64,000 nucleotides of DNA from Frankiales bacterium (GTDB taxonomy: Bacteria; Actinomycetota; Actinomycetes; JAFAQI01). The stretch's first letter is position 1; every line of letters starts with the position of its first letter. The position numbers were made by a program, and so were the translations under genes. The stretch lies in contig JAICXQ010000003.1 of assembly GCA_025980325.1 (NCBI GenBank), positions 18,798-82,797 of the forward strand, written 5' to 3'. This document shows, in pieces, positions 9,384 through 19,116 of this stretch. The notes beneath the pieces were generated by a model. The model had not been told where the DNA came from, made no database searches, and worked only from the letters and a program-made list of their open reading frames with translations.

Positions 9384-9788
9384 ATGCGCACCCGTCTCGC
9401 CCTTGCCGTCGCCGCCGCGCTGTTCGGCGCAACCGCGGCCGCGGTCCCGTCGTTCGCCTCCACCGCGATCTCCAGCCCCGACTGCGCGACGACGCTGCAC
9501 GACGCGGCCACCGGCGTTTCGTCGTCCTGCTCCACCCAGGGCCCGCCGCCGGTCGAGTGCGTCAACTGTGGCATCCGCCGTACCGTCGACATCGTCGTCA
9601 CCAAGGGCAGCGTGGATGCGACCCTCCGCTGCGACGGCGTGACGTACGCGACGCACGTCGACGGGCCCAACACCGGTTCGATCGCCATCTGGGGCGGCCA
9701 GAACTGCACGGCCACTCTCACCGCGACCGCGGACGGCACGGTCGCGGCGGCGACCAGCACCGCGAGCTACGTCATCACCATCGACTAG
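9384..9788 (+). CDS. Small secreted Cys-rich protein
   Basis: Signal peptide ending PSFA; 6 Cys; GGAAGG RBS. Confidence 0.75.
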   Translation: MRTRLALAVAAALFGATAAAVPSFASTAISSPDCATTLHDAATGVSSSCSTQGPPPVECVNCGIRRTVDIVVTKGSVDATLRCDGVTYATHVDGPNTGSIAIWGGQNCTATLTATADGTVAAATSTASYVITID

Positions 9789-9842
9789 TCCGGCTCGAAC
9801 ACGACGACCGCCGCAGCGTCTCGTTCGGCGCTAGCTTCTGCG

Positions 9843-10667
9843 TCAGGTGGACGTCGCCGCCGGGGTCGGAGTCGGCGTGGGTGTCGGCGTGGGTGTCGGC
9901 GTGGGCGAGGGTGTGCCCGACGGGCTCGGCGCCGGCGAGGCGGGCTTCGCCACGGTGACGTAGTTCATCATCCCGGCGGACAGGCCGGAGTCGTTCAGCT
10001 CCATGACCCACACCCCGTAGTCGCCGGGCGGGACGGCGGTCATGGTCAGCGACCGGTAGCCCAAGCCGACCTCGTACTGCCGCAGCTGCGTCGTCCCGCG
10101 GTAGAGGCGGACGACGAACTCGTGCACCGGCCCGGAGTTCCGGTCGCCGGTCAGGTCCTCCGACTCGGACCGCCACGACACGAGCACGTCACTCGACTGC
10201 GCGCGGACGGACATGTCGATCGGCCCGGCGGGAGTCGCGCCCCAGGAGTCCGGCCAGGCGCAGCCGTGGAACACCTCGCAGTCGGTCGGCATCCCGGTGT
10301 GCTTGCCGACGTCGCACGCCGCATCCGAATGCATGCCGGGCGGGAGCCCGCCGGAACCGCAGTACGGGTCGGCGACGCGCGTCGGCGCGCCCGTCGAGGT
10401 TGCCGGCGTTTCGCCCGACGTAGCAGTCGTGGGCGAGGGCGACGCCGACGTCGGCAGGTCGCCGGCGGGCAGTGACGGTGCGACCGTGACCGACGGCAAC
10501 GGCGCCGGCAGCGATCCGGACGCGCGGAGCACGTCGACGTCACGGCCATGGCCGCCGCCCGACCGTAGGCCGGCGACGAGCGCGATCGTCGCGGCGATCA
10601 GCACGACGCAGCCCGCCGCCGCGACGCGTGCCGGCGTCGCGGCCGTCGGCAACCGCAGCTTGCGCAT
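9843..10667 (-). CDS. Membrane-anchored protein with FN3-like domain and PT-repeat tail
   Basis: N-terminal TM; VSW...PGDYGVWVMELNDSGLS; C-terminal (PT)n. Confidence 0.6.
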   Translation of the reverse strand: MRKLRLPTAATPARVAAAGCVVLIAATIALVAGLRSGGGHGRDVDVLRASGSLPAPLPSVTVAPSLPAGDLPTSASPSPTTATSGETPATSTGAPTRVADPYCGSGGLPPGMHSDAACDVGKHTGMPTDCEVFHGCAWPDSWGATPAGPIDMSVRAQSSDVLVSWRSESEDLTGDRNSGPVHEFVVRLYRGTTQLRQYEVGLGYRSLTMTAVPPGDYGVWVMELNDSGLSAGMMNYVTVAKPASPAPSPSGTPSPTPTPTPTPTPTPTPAATST

Positions 10668-10853
10668 CTCGGGTCCCCCGCGTCCTGTGCCCTCTCTGGA
10701 TGATGACACGTAGTCGGACCGTGCGGTTGCGTCCCGCGACGTTGCCATGGTTCGCTCGTCCGGGCAGGCGTCGAGACGCGAGGAGAAGATCGAGTTGGCA
10801 CCGCCGCGCGCGATCATGCCGGTCGTCGACCTGGTCCGGCAGCAGCAGGTCTC

Positions 10854-11303
10854 ATGACCGTCGACGACCTCGCGGCCTTCGTCGGCGAATGGGATCTCGA
10901 GGTCGACCTTCCGGGCGCCGAAGACGTCCGCGGCCATGTCGTCTTCGAGCTGATGGGCGACGTCCTCGTGCAGCGGACGACCGTGCCGGTTCCGCAGGCG
11001 CCGGACAGCTGCTGCATCGTGGTCGCTCATGACGGCCGCTTTATGCAGCACTACTTCGACTCCCGTGGCGTCGCCCGGCTCTACGAGATGACCTTCGACG
11101 GCCGCACCTGGACGTTGGAGCGCACGAAGCCGGACTTCACCCCGCTGGAGTTCCACCAGCGCTACGCCGGCGTCCTCGCCCCCGACCACTCCACGATCGA
11201 GGGCGAGTGGCAGTCGTCCGCAGACGGCAGCGACTGGACCCGCGACTTCGGGTTGACCTACCGCCGCCGGCCGCGTACCGACCTGCCCGGGCCGTCGACG
11301 TAA
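10854..11303 (+). CDS. Conserved hypothetical protein (DUF1579-like)
   Basis: FVGEW, YFDSRGVARLY, IEGEW.SS.DG..W..DF.LTYRR. Confidence 0.75.
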   Translation: MTVDDLAAFVGEWDLEVDLPGAEDVRGHVVFELMGDVLVQRTTVPVPQAPDSCCIVVAHDGRFMQHYFDSRGVARLYEMTFDGRTWTLERTKPDFTPLEFHQRYAGVLAPDHSTIEGEWQSSADGSDWTRDFGLTYRRRPRTDLPGPST

Positions 11304-11350
11304 CCGAAGCCCGGGAGGAATCCGCGCCGTACGGTCGAATGCCTCGCGCC

Positions 11351-11818
11351 GTGAGATGGTGGCCGGCGGTCGGCGTGCTCGCGCTGACGGCAGCCTGTGG
11401 CGGTCAGGGCGGCGTTCCGGACGCCTTCGCGTCCGGCGTGGCGCAGGCGCGGGTGGTGCTGGATCGGGTCGATTGCGACCCGTCCCCGGACACGTGCACC
11501 CGCTACGTGATTTTGGTGCCGCAGGGAAGCTCCACCGAGTCGCTGATGGCCGCCGTGACGCGGCGGGCCGCGCATTCATTGCGTTGGGTGCCGACCCGCG
11601 CGCCGCAAGTCGTCGAGCCGGACGAAGGCCGCGGGTACGACGGCCCCGGCAAGACCGGCGGCTACATCAACACCGCGGACGAAGAGCTGCGCTACTGGGA
11701 GAGGGTCGGCTACGGGTCGGAGTCACCGCCGAACGCGACCCTGCAGCAGGCCGAGCGCTTGATGCGTGCTCATCCGGACGCGATCGTCGTTCGCGTCGAC
11801 GGCGATGGCCAGACCTAG
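11351..11818 (+). CDS. Hypothetical lipoprotein
   Basis: Lipobox LTAAC. Confidence 0.6.
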   Translation: MRWWPAVGVLALTAACGGQGGVPDAFASGVAQARVVLDRVDCDPSPDTCTRYVILVPQGSSTESLMAAVTRRAAHSLRWVPTRAPQVVEPDEGRGYDGPGKTGGYINTADEELRYWERVGYGSESPPNATLQQAERLMRAHPDAIVVRVDGDGQT

Positions 11819-12303
11819 ACGAGCGACCGGAACATGACGTGAAGGCCGACGTACCCGTCGTCGGCATGCCGGAAGGCGCCGGGGACGGTTCCGATGATCC
11901 GAAATCCGAGTGACTGCCATAGCCGTACGGCGGCGTGGTTCACCTCGACGACGGCGTTGAACTGAACGCCGCGATATCCCTGCTCACTCGCCCAGCCGAG
12001 CATGTGCTCGCCGAGTGCGCGGCCCACGCCGCGATTGCGTTGATCCGGGTGCACCATGAAGCTCGCCGTCGCGATGTGCGCGCCGCGCCCGGGCCGGTTC
12101 GGGCCCATCGTCGCAGTCCCGGTGATCGCGTCGTCTTCGACGGCGACGACGGTACGGCCAGGGGGCTCGGCCATCCAAAGGGCACGAGCGGCGTCGGACG
12201 GCAGATTCTCCGGGTAGGCGTAGGTCTTGCCTTCGTCGACGACCGCGGTGAATATCGGGAAGATCTCCGGCCAGTCGCCGTCGGTCGCGTCGCGGATGAC
12301 CAT
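11815..12303 (-). CDS. GNAT N-acetyltransferase
   Basis: QRNRGVGRALG, QFNAVVE.N..AV.LWQSLGF. Confidence 0.92.
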   Translation of the reverse strand: MVIRDATDGDWPEIFPIFTAVVDEGKTYAYPENLPSDAARALWMAEPPGRTVVAVEDDAITGTATMGPNRPGRGAHIATASFMVHPDQRNRGVGRALGEHMLGWASEQGYRGVQFNAVVEVNHAAVRLWQSLGFRIIGTVPGAFRHADDGYVGLHVMFRSLV

Positions 12304-12339
12304 CCGGTCACGGTAGTTGCCCGCCGCCGGTCGACGCGA

Positions 12340-12900
12340 TCAGCTTTCGGACGGTTCGGCGGTACGGCGGATGGCGACGAATCGTTGGTGTGCTTCGGAC
12401 TCCGACTCGTGTAGCACGTCACGGGCGGCGCTCAGCCTCGCGGCGAGGTCCCGGTGCTGGTCGACCGCGGGCCACAACACCGAGAACACCTCGTCGAGCG
12501 TCCATCCCGGCCACGGGCTGCGTACCAACCACAGTTGCCCGTCGAGTGGCTCCTCCAGCCACCACTCGCGAGTCTCGGCGACGGCGCGGCGGTGCTCCTC
12601 GGGCCAGACGAGAGCGAGTTGTGCGAAGCCGGTCAGTTCCTCGATCGGGGTGAAGCCCTCGGCTCGCAGCTCCTCGACACCGGGCACGGTCGACGGGCCG
12701 GGCAGTTGTTCGATGGTCGTCGTATGTCCGGGATGGACCACGCGGCCTAACGGAGCCAGCGCACGCCGTACCGGCGAGGGCAACGCGCCCCATCCGCGCA
12801 GAGCAACCTTCACGACCGACGCGGGAAGCAGCTCCCAGGGGCGCGGATGTGCGTGTTGGTCGCGGCCTGCGTACCGGCCGCAGGGCTGCGATGAGCGCAC
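12340..12900 (-). CDS. Hypothetical protein
   Basis: ORF with CAGAAT-N6-GTG leaderless-type start. Confidence 0.5.
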   Translation of the reverse strand: MRSSQPCGRYAGRDQHAHPRPWELLPASVVKVALRGWGALPSPVRRALAPLGRVVHPGHTTTIEQLPGPSTVPGVEELRAEGFTPIEELTGFAQLALVWPEEHRRAVAETREWWLEEPLDGQLWLVRSPWPGWTLDEVFSVLWPAVDQHRDLAARLSAARDVLHESESEAHQRFVAIRRTAEPSES

Positions 12901-12970
12901 CGCCTCATTCTGCCGACACAACGCGTCCACTACCGGAGTTCTCGCACTGAATTAATGCATTCGGGCCCGG

Positions 12971-13345
12971 CTAGTACGGCAAGTCCTCCGGCCGGCAATT
13001 CGAGAAATCGGGCTCCGGCAGCCGTGGAAGCCTCTTCGCCGCAATGCTCGTCCGGCCTTCCAGCAGCGCGCGGGCGACGCGGTGCATGCCGTCCATGACC
13101 CGGCCCTCCGGATCCACGACTATCGGGAAACGCAGGTCGACCTCGTGAATCAGCCGGCAATGCTCGACGACGTTGCGGACGGTCGGCGCGTACCCGTGGT
13201 CGAACCAATACGCAGAGTCGAGCTCCGCGATGTGTGTCAGCGAGAGTTCCTCGACCGGCTCGCTCTCGACCAGCGCGACAAGCCGATCGACGTCCCACGC
13301 ATCGAGTCCTGACGCGCCGCGGCGGAAGTGGTATTGCTTGCGCAC
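12971..13345 (-). CDS. Stand-alone ParB/Srx-like domain protein
   Basis: PIVVDPEGRVMDGMHRVARA. Confidence 0.7.
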   Translation of the reverse strand: MRKQYHFRRGASGLDAWDVDRLVALVESEPVEELSLTHIAELDSAYWFDHGYAPTVRNVVEHCRLIHEVDLRFPIVVDPEGRVMDGMHRVARALLEGRTSIAAKRLPRLPEPDFSNCRPEDLPY

Positions 13346-13484
13346 CCGACGAGTGTCCCGCAGCGCGCCCGCGCGCCAGGCTTTGAACCATGTCCGTCAG
13401 CTCGTGATCGTCGTCGTGGCCTCTTGCTGCTACCGGTCAGCGTTCGGCAGAAGGTGATGAGATCGCGGGCGGCGCCGGGATGGG

Positions 13485-15008
13485 TCAGTTCGGTGCGTGC
13501 ACCGCAGTGCCGTCGGAGGGTTGGTAGACGAGGATCGGGTTGTCGTACCCGCGGAGCTGGAGTTCGCCGGCGACGGTCCACGAGTTGGCCTCGGCACCGG
13601 CGCGCTGGAGGGCCTCCTCGCTGGCGAGTACCCGTCCGAGCCGCTGCTTGGCTTCGTCCGTCAGCCGCGCGGCTTCGTTCACCGGGACCCCGATGACGCT
13701 GTATTCGTAACGTTCTTCCGCACCGACGTTGCCGGCGACGACGGTGCCGGCCGAGACTCCCATCGCCGCGTCCAGCTCGGGAGTGACCGCGGCAAGGGTG
13801 AGCAGTTCACGCCGTAGCGTCCGCGCCGCGCGCAGGGCGCGTGCTGCGCTGTCGGGCGTCGGTGCGGGCGCGCCGAACACGCACAGCGCACCGTCGCCTT
13901 CGAACTTGTTGACCCAGCCGCCCTCTTCGCCGACGACCCGGACGATGATGGCGAAGAACTGGTTGAGCAGCCGGAGCACGTCCTCCGGCGGTGCGCCTTG
14001 GGTCAGCCGGGTCGAGCCGATCAGATCGACGAAGACCGCTGCCACTTCGCGCCGCTCGCCGCCGAGCTTGATCTCGCCGGCCGCGACCGCGTTGCGAGCC
14101 ACCTGCTCCCCGACGTGGCGACCGAACAGGTCCGCCAGCATCGCGCGTTCGCGCAGCCCGGCCACCATCTGGTTGAACCCGGCCTGCAGCAGGCCCAGCT
14201 CGCCGCCGTCGTTGACCGTCAGCGCCACGTCGAGATCACCGTGCTGCACCTGACCGACGCAGCGGCGCAGTTCGACCAACGGCGTCGCCAGCGAACGTGT
14301 GGCCACATAGACCACCGCCGATCCGGCGAGCAGGCCCGCGCCGATGATGAACCAGATGGCGCCCGCGGTCGGCGGCTGGCTGCGCGGCCTGCCGATGAAG
14401 CTCAAACCGATCATGAGCAAGAAGACGTCGGCGCCGATCAGCCACGACGCGATCAACTTGACCCGCACTCCTGGCGCGAGCATCCGCTCGGGCACGTTGC
14501 CGGCGAACGCGCGCGCGACGATGGGGCGGATCGTCCACTCGACGATCAGATACACCAGGCCGGACGTGGCAAGACCGCCGAGCAGGATCGACATCGCCAC
14601 CCGCGCGACGTACGTGCCGCTGTGATGTCCGATCGCGGTCAGCAGCGACCATGCGAGCGCGGCGCCGAACCAGCCGAGCATGCCTTGCAGCGCCAGCCAC
14701 AACGGCACCAGCAACAGTCGCCGCTGCTCCTCACTCGTCGCCGGTCGGTCCGCGACGAGCCACTGCGTGCTCCTGGCGCAGGTGCGCCCCGCGACCGTGA
14801 ATCCCACCGGCCCCGCCACCGACATGTAGACGACGAACAGCACGATGTCGGCCCAGCCGACGCCGGGTTGACCCTTGATCCCGGCACTGGTCAATGCGCC
14901 CGACGCCAGCGCCAACGCGCCGCCGACGAGATTCGCGGCGGGCATGCGCATGGTCAGCCGCCGGCCTGCATCGGCGAACAGCTCCGCGCCGGGACGCTCG
15001 TCAAGCAC
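13485..15008 (-). CDS. Membrane class III adenylate/guanylate cyclase with HAMP domain
   Basis: ~6 TM, HAMP (ELGLLQAGFNQM), VFVDLIGST, KFEGDG, YSVIG.PVNEAARL. Confidence 0.93.
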   Translation of the reverse strand: MLDERPGAELFADAGRRLTMRMPAANLVGGALALASGALTSAGIKGQPGVGWADIVLFVVYMSVAGPVGFTVAGRTCARSTQWLVADRPATSEEQRRLLLVPLWLALQGMLGWFGAALAWSLLTAIGHHSGTYVARVAMSILLGGLATSGLVYLIVEWTIRPIVARAFAGNVPERMLAPGVRVKLIASWLIGADVFLLMIGLSFIGRPRSQPPTAGAIWFIIGAGLLAGSAVVYVATRSLATPLVELRRCVGQVQHGDLDVALTVNDGGELGLLQAGFNQMVAGLRERAMLADLFGRHVGEQVARNAVAAGEIKLGGERREVAAVFVDLIGSTRLTQGAPPEDVLRLLNQFFAIIVRVVGEEGGWVNKFEGDGALCVFGAPAPTPDSAARALRAARTLRRELLTLAAVTPELDAAMGVSAGTVVAGNVGAEERYEYSVIGVPVNEAARLTDEAKQRLGRVLASEEALQRAGAEANSWTVAGELQLRGYDNPILVYQPSDGTAVHAPN

Positions 15009-15126
15009 GCCGGCAACGTACTGCGGATTCCTGGCCGCGTCTGTGAGCGCGGTCACGCGTCCGTCCACGCAAAGCTGCCGCACTCGGCACTCACATGTGA
15101 ACGGGCGCGCTCATGCGAGCGGAAAC

Positions 15127-15525
15127 CTATTGCCGGGCGTCGCGCTCGATCGCGGTCGCCTGCGACCACACGACCTGCCAGCCGGCCTGATCGTCTCGGC
15201 GATAGCAATCGGTGTGCCAGCAGTCGGACGAGAACGCTTCCCCGGCCGGGCCGACCGCGATGGCGGACTTGTATCGAAGGACCGCCAGGTCGTGACCGTC
15301 GCTGAGAACGTCGACCTCCGACACGGCCTCGAATCGTTCGTACGCCAGATCCCCGGAGGCGACCGCGGCGAGATAGTCGGTCTTCGACAACCGAGCCCCG
15401 CGAGGTGTGATCAGCACATAGTCGTCCGCGTGCAGCCGCTGCGCGGTGACCATGTCCCGATCGACGAGCGAGCGCAGCCGGCTCGCTTCGATCCGGCGCA
15501 GGTCCGCATGCTCAGACGGTGTCAT
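15127..15525 (-). CDS. NTF2-like (DUF4440) protein
   Basis: LHADDYVLITPRG..LSK..YL; W.VVWSQAT. Confidence 0.8.
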   Translation of the reverse strand: MTPSEHADLRRIEASRLRSLVDRDMVTAQRLHADDYVLITPRGARLSKTDYLAAVASGDLAYERFEAVSEVDVLSDGHDLAVLRYKSAIAVGPAGEAFSSDCWHTDCYRRDDQAGWQVVWSQATAIERDARQ

Positions 15526-15574
15526 TCGTCCAGGATGCACGCGAGCGGGACATGTGTGCGTGCTGCCGGCAGCC

Positions 15575-16012
15575 TTACGCGCCGACGGGCAGGTTGCCCT
15601 CTTGGGCGACGTACTGGGCCCGGCGGATCCAGATGGGGCTGTGGTAGACGATCTTTCCGTCGTTGAACGTGAGCTGGCCCCGGCGGATGATGCGCGATAG
15701 CCAGTGCTGGCGATCGCTTCCCATCCGTACGACGCCGGGACCGCGGTCGTATTCGGCCAGGCGCTTACCGGGGATGTGGAAGGGCCAGTCTCGATACACG
15801 TAGATGCGTCCGTTGGTGACGATGATGATGCGGTGGAAGTAGAAGCTGACCAGTGAGATCCCCAGCTCGAGCAACTGGCCGATGGTCGGGATGAACTTCA
15901 CGACATCCTCGATCACCCCGAAGATCAACATGGTGAGCAGGTTGTTGAAGGTGAAGGCCACGCAGACGGCATGTTCGTCCAGGTGCGCTCGTCGCGCCAC
16001 CCGGTTTGCCAT
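15575..16012 (-). CDS. Hypothetical membrane protein
   Basis: Hydrophobic segment; coding-like codon usage. Confidence 0.6.
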   Translation of the reverse strand: MANRVARRAHLDEHAVCVAFTFNNLLTMLIFGVIEDVVKFIPTIGQLLELGISLVSFYFHRIIIVTNGRIYVYRDWPFHIPGKRLAEYDRGPGVVRMGSDRQHWLSRIIRRGQLTFNDGKIVYHSPIWIRRAQYVAQEGNLPVGA

Positions 16013-16213
16013 CCGCTGGTTGTAGCCGGTGACTTCGAAGCGCCGCGGTTGACCAGCGGTCTCGTAGGCCGTGTCCATGACCGCAAATTACCGCAAAACA
16101 CCGAGGAACGTGGCCGCTCTTGGCGAGCGAGGTGCCCACCATCCGAAGCCCGGAATAGGCGTCGAGAAGATCGCCGTTCTATCGCCAATGGATGCTGATT
16201 TTAGGAGGCCATC

Positions 16214-16540
16214 ATGGCAGAGGTGAAGGCGCTCAAGACCAACTGCCGCAGGTGCGGCGACGTGGTGGTCCCGACGTCCGATGTGCGCGTGACCGCGGCG
16301 GCGTCCGGTACCGGATTGTTCGTCTTCCAATGCCCGACGTGCAGGCGCGAGGTGTGGCAAGCATCCGACGCCGGCACGCTGCTCAGGTTGAGAGCGGCCG
16401 GCGCAATGCCGGTCCAGGGGCCCGCGCCGCTGGAACTCACCGAGCTTCACGACGGCTCGCCGATCAGCTGGGACGACCTGCTCGAGGCCCACGAGGTCAT
16501 GCGCCATGACTGTTGTCCGCAGGACGAGCTCACCGCCTGA
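16214..16540 (+). CDS. Zinc-ribbon protein (CxxC...CxxC)
   Basis: CRRCG, FQCPTC; AGGAGG RBS. Confidence 0.75.
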   Translation: MAEVKALKTNCRRCGDVVVPTSDVRVTAAASGTGLFVFQCPTCRREVWQASDAGTLLRLRAAGAMPVQGPAPLELTELHDGSPISWDDLLEAHEVMRHDCCPQDELTA

Positions 16541-16551
16541 CCGAGGCGACG

Positions 16552-17040
16552 TCAGAGTTCCCTGATCATCCGGATCTCGTCCTTGCACGGGTCCGAGGGA
16601 AGCGGCTGCACGTCACCGGTGACCGCGAATCCGGCCCGCTCGTAGAAGCGCATGGCCCGTTCGTTGTCCTTCGTCACCCACAGCGCGATCGTTCTTGCTC
16701 CTACACCGTGCGCCCACGAAAGGACCGCATCAACCAGGCCGGCGGCGACTCCGGTACCGCGATGCGACGGAGCGACCCACATGCTCACCAGCTGCCGATC
16801 AGCGCCCAAGTCGTCGTCGACGCATCCCGCCAACCCGACACAGGCTTCTTCCTCGAAGGCGAGAAATACGGCCCACGAGGTGCCCGTCGCGGCGCGCGAG
16901 ACGCGCTCGGCCCACTGCTCCCGCGGTCGAGCCAACTCGTTCGAGTACGTCGAGCCGAACGCAGACGGCGAATCCTGAAGTGCGCGGAGCCGAACCTCGC
17001 GGTACAGGTCGAGGTCGTCGACAGTGACGCGGCGAATCAT
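16552..17040 (-). CDS. GNAT N-acetyltransferase
   Basis: SMWVAPSHRGTGVA, N.RA.RFYERAGF. Confidence 0.9.
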   Translation of the reverse strand: MIRRVTVDDLDLYREVRLRALQDSPSAFGSTYSNELARPREQWAERVSRAATGTSWAVFLAFEEEACVGLAGCVDDDLGADRQLVSMWVAPSHRGTGVAAGLVDAVLSWAHGVGARTIALWVTKDNERAMRFYERAGFAVTGDVQPLPSDPCKDEIRMIREL

Positions 17041-17089
17041 GCCGCCATCCAACCGCTGCAAACCGCCGCCAGCCCTGCCGGTCGAGGGA

Positions 17090-17680
17090 TTACTGAAGGC
17101 AGACGTCCGCGAACTCGAATGCGAAGGCGAGCGGCGCGAACGCAACAATCTCCGCAGCGTCAATCACGATGCCTACGACTCCGAAGGGATTGCCGCTCTC
17201 AACCGAGCCCAACTGCTCACCCATGTTGCGGAGGTCCCCTTGCTCAAAGTCCTCCACCGCAGCGACGCCCGCGAAAGTGCCTGAGGGGGCGCATTGCACC
17301 AAGTGGTCGTGCAGCGTGGGCGATCCGAGCGGGACGGTGACGGCAGGCGTTGTCTCCTGCGGCAGCGGCACGGTGACTGTCGGGACGGTGATCGACGGGA
17401 CGGAGACCAACGTGTCGCCCTTGTTGATGCACGTCACGAGTACGCAGACCGTCGTCGGCGCGGGGACCGACTCGCTCGGCGTGCTCACACCGGAAATCGT
17501 GGTTGGGCCGCCGACCGTCTGACTTGGGATGGTCGAGCCCGTACCGAAGCATGCGCCGGTGTCGTCGACGGTGAGGCAGGAGTCCGCGTATGCGGTGCCT
17601 GTCGTGAGCGCGCCGGCGAACACGGCACCTACGACGGCGATGGTGGACACCTGGCGAAGCGCGCGAAGACCGCTGGGCAT
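17090..17680 (-). CDS. Secreted hypothetical protein (Thr/Pro-rich, Cys pairs)
   Basis: Signal peptide ending AYA. Confidence 0.6.
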   Translation of the reverse strand: MPSGLRALRQVSTIAVVGAVFAGALTTGTAYADSCLTVDDTGACFGTGSTIPSQTVGGPTTISGVSTPSESVPAPTTVCVLVTCINKGDTLVSVPSITVPTVTVPLPQETTPAVTVPLGSPTLHDHLVQCAPSGTFAGVAAVEDFEQGDLRNMGEQLGSVESGNPFGVVGIVIDAAEIVAFAPLAFAFEFADVCLQ

Positions 17681-17795
17681 GCGTCAAACCCCCCAAAGAG
17701 AAACGACTGTTTTTGCAACGACGAATGTGGTCAAAAGCGTACAAGCGCGGGCGACCGGCCGCAATGGAGGTTGGGGCAGCGAACCTTCGGCAGCC

Positions 17796-19076
17796 TCAGT
17801 CGTCCAAGAAGAGCGGTGAGCTGATTGCCTCCATGGCGAGGACGTCGCGGCAGTACGTCGTCTGGGTGCCGACGACGGGGTCGCAGCCCTGCTGCCGTAC
17901 CGACTGCCCGTCCGGCCCGAGCAGCTGCGCGCGGACGAACTTCGATCCCGCCGGGATGCCTGCATTACCGAGCCGGAAGTCATACGTCGACGCGGCGCCG
18001 AGCGGGACGTCGACGCTGCCCTGGTCGGTGACGATGCGCAGCGTGCTGCCGGGGACCGCGTTGAGGGTACGGATCCGGAAGGCCGAGCGCGGGCTGGTGT
18101 CCGATCCGGCGATCGCCTCGTAGACGCCGTCGCCGTTGTGGTCGGCCTCGAGGAACAGCTGCGGGCCGCGCTCCAGCGGCGGCAGCGCGGACACGAACGT
18201 GTGATGTGCACGCAAGCCGTCGAGGATGCCCTGCACCGTCAGCGACCGGACGAAGACCCAGGTGGTCGGGTCGCCGATGCCCTGCACGGAGTCGGTGGTC
18301 ACCCAGTGCGAGTCGCTGCCGCCGGTGATGCCGACGTGATAGCCGCGCTGCAGGAAGCCGTCGTACCACTGCATCGCGAAGTCGTCGTCGTTGCTCGCGG
18401 GCGCGGGTGGTTGGTAGAACCACGGCTCGTTCCAGACCTCGACGTTGTCGGGGACGACCGAGTATCCGTACGTGCGCAGCCAGTTCATGTCGCTCGGGTG
18501 GTTGATCTGGAAGCTGCCGCCGGCGGCGCGCAAACCATCGGCCATCGCGGTCTCGCCGGCCGCCGACTTGTCCGCGACCTGCTGGTCGCACTCGATGATC
18601 GAGCCGGGGATCGCGCCGTCGTTTCCGTAGCAGGATCGCGCGCCGAGCATCTGCACGTGACCGGGCTGGGAGTTCTCGTATCCCGGCAGCCAGACGAAGT
18701 TCGGGTTGGCCGCTTGGAAGGCGAGCGCGTCCGGGTCGGTCTGGTTGACGACGTTGTTGTGGTCGGTGAGCGCGACGAAGTTGAGCCCGCGCTGCTGCGC
18801 TTCCTGCAGCCGCTGCACCGGGGCGAAGCCGACGGTGTACGGCGCGTCGCAGGGCCGGCGGGCGGCGCGGTCGGTGGACGACGGGTCCCACGCCGTCGTC
18901 GGATCGATGCACGTGTCGTGGCCGTAGATCGTGTGCACGTGGAGGTCGCCGGCGACCCAGAACCCGACCGGTGGGCGCGGCCCCTGCTGCGCGACGTTGG
19001 GGCCGGTCGAGTCGGCGAGGACCGGACCGGCCGCGGTGAGGGTGAGGCAGGCGGCGAAGGCAGCGAGGCGGCGCAC
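17796..19076 (-). CDS. Secreted PHP-domain (CehA/McbA-like) metallohydrolase
   Basis: GDLHVHT, ALTDHN, INHP, GGSDSH. Confidence 0.88.
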   Translation of the reverse strand: MRRLAAFAACLTLTAAGPVLADSTGPNVAQQGPRPPVGFWVAGDLHVHTIYGHDTCIDPTTAWDPSSTDRAARRPCDAPYTVGFAPVQRLQEAQQRGLNFVALTDHNNVVNQTDPDALAFQAANPNFVWLPGYENSQPGHVQMLGARSCYGNDGAIPGSIIECDQQVADKSAAGETAMADGLRAAGGSFQINHPSDMNWLRTYGYSVVPDNVEVWNEPWFYQPPAPASNDDDFAMQWYDGFLQRGYHVGITGGSDSHWVTTDSVQGIGDPTTWVFVRSLTVQGILDGLRAHHTFVSALPPLERGPQLFLEADHNGDGVYEAIAGSDTSPRSAFRIRTLNAVPGSTLRIVTDQGSVDVPLGAASTYDFRLGNAGIPAGSKFVRAQLLGPDGQSVRQQGCDPVVGTQTTYCRDVLAMEAISSPLFLDD

Positions 19077-19077
19077 G

Positions 19078-19113
19078 GACAGGACTTCGGTGCCTTGCCG
19101 CCGAACTCCTGTC
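19078..19113. promoter_or_regulatory. Bidirectional palindromic AGGA-N17-CGAA promoter pair
   Basis: GACAGGACTTCGG...CCGAACTCCTGTC (12/13 inverted repeat); motif reads on both strands, 9 and 11 nt before the divergent GTG starts. Confidence 0.65.
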
Positions 19114-19116
19114 GCC

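Noticed and set aside
9863-9925. GGCGTGGGTGTC-type repeats
   Set aside because: They simply encode a Pro-Thr linker.
16170-16187. ATCGCCG/ATCGCCA pair with 11-bp period before the zinc-ribbon gene
   Set aside because: Only two units and a weak match to the CTGG(A/C)CA consensus; not included in the regulon.
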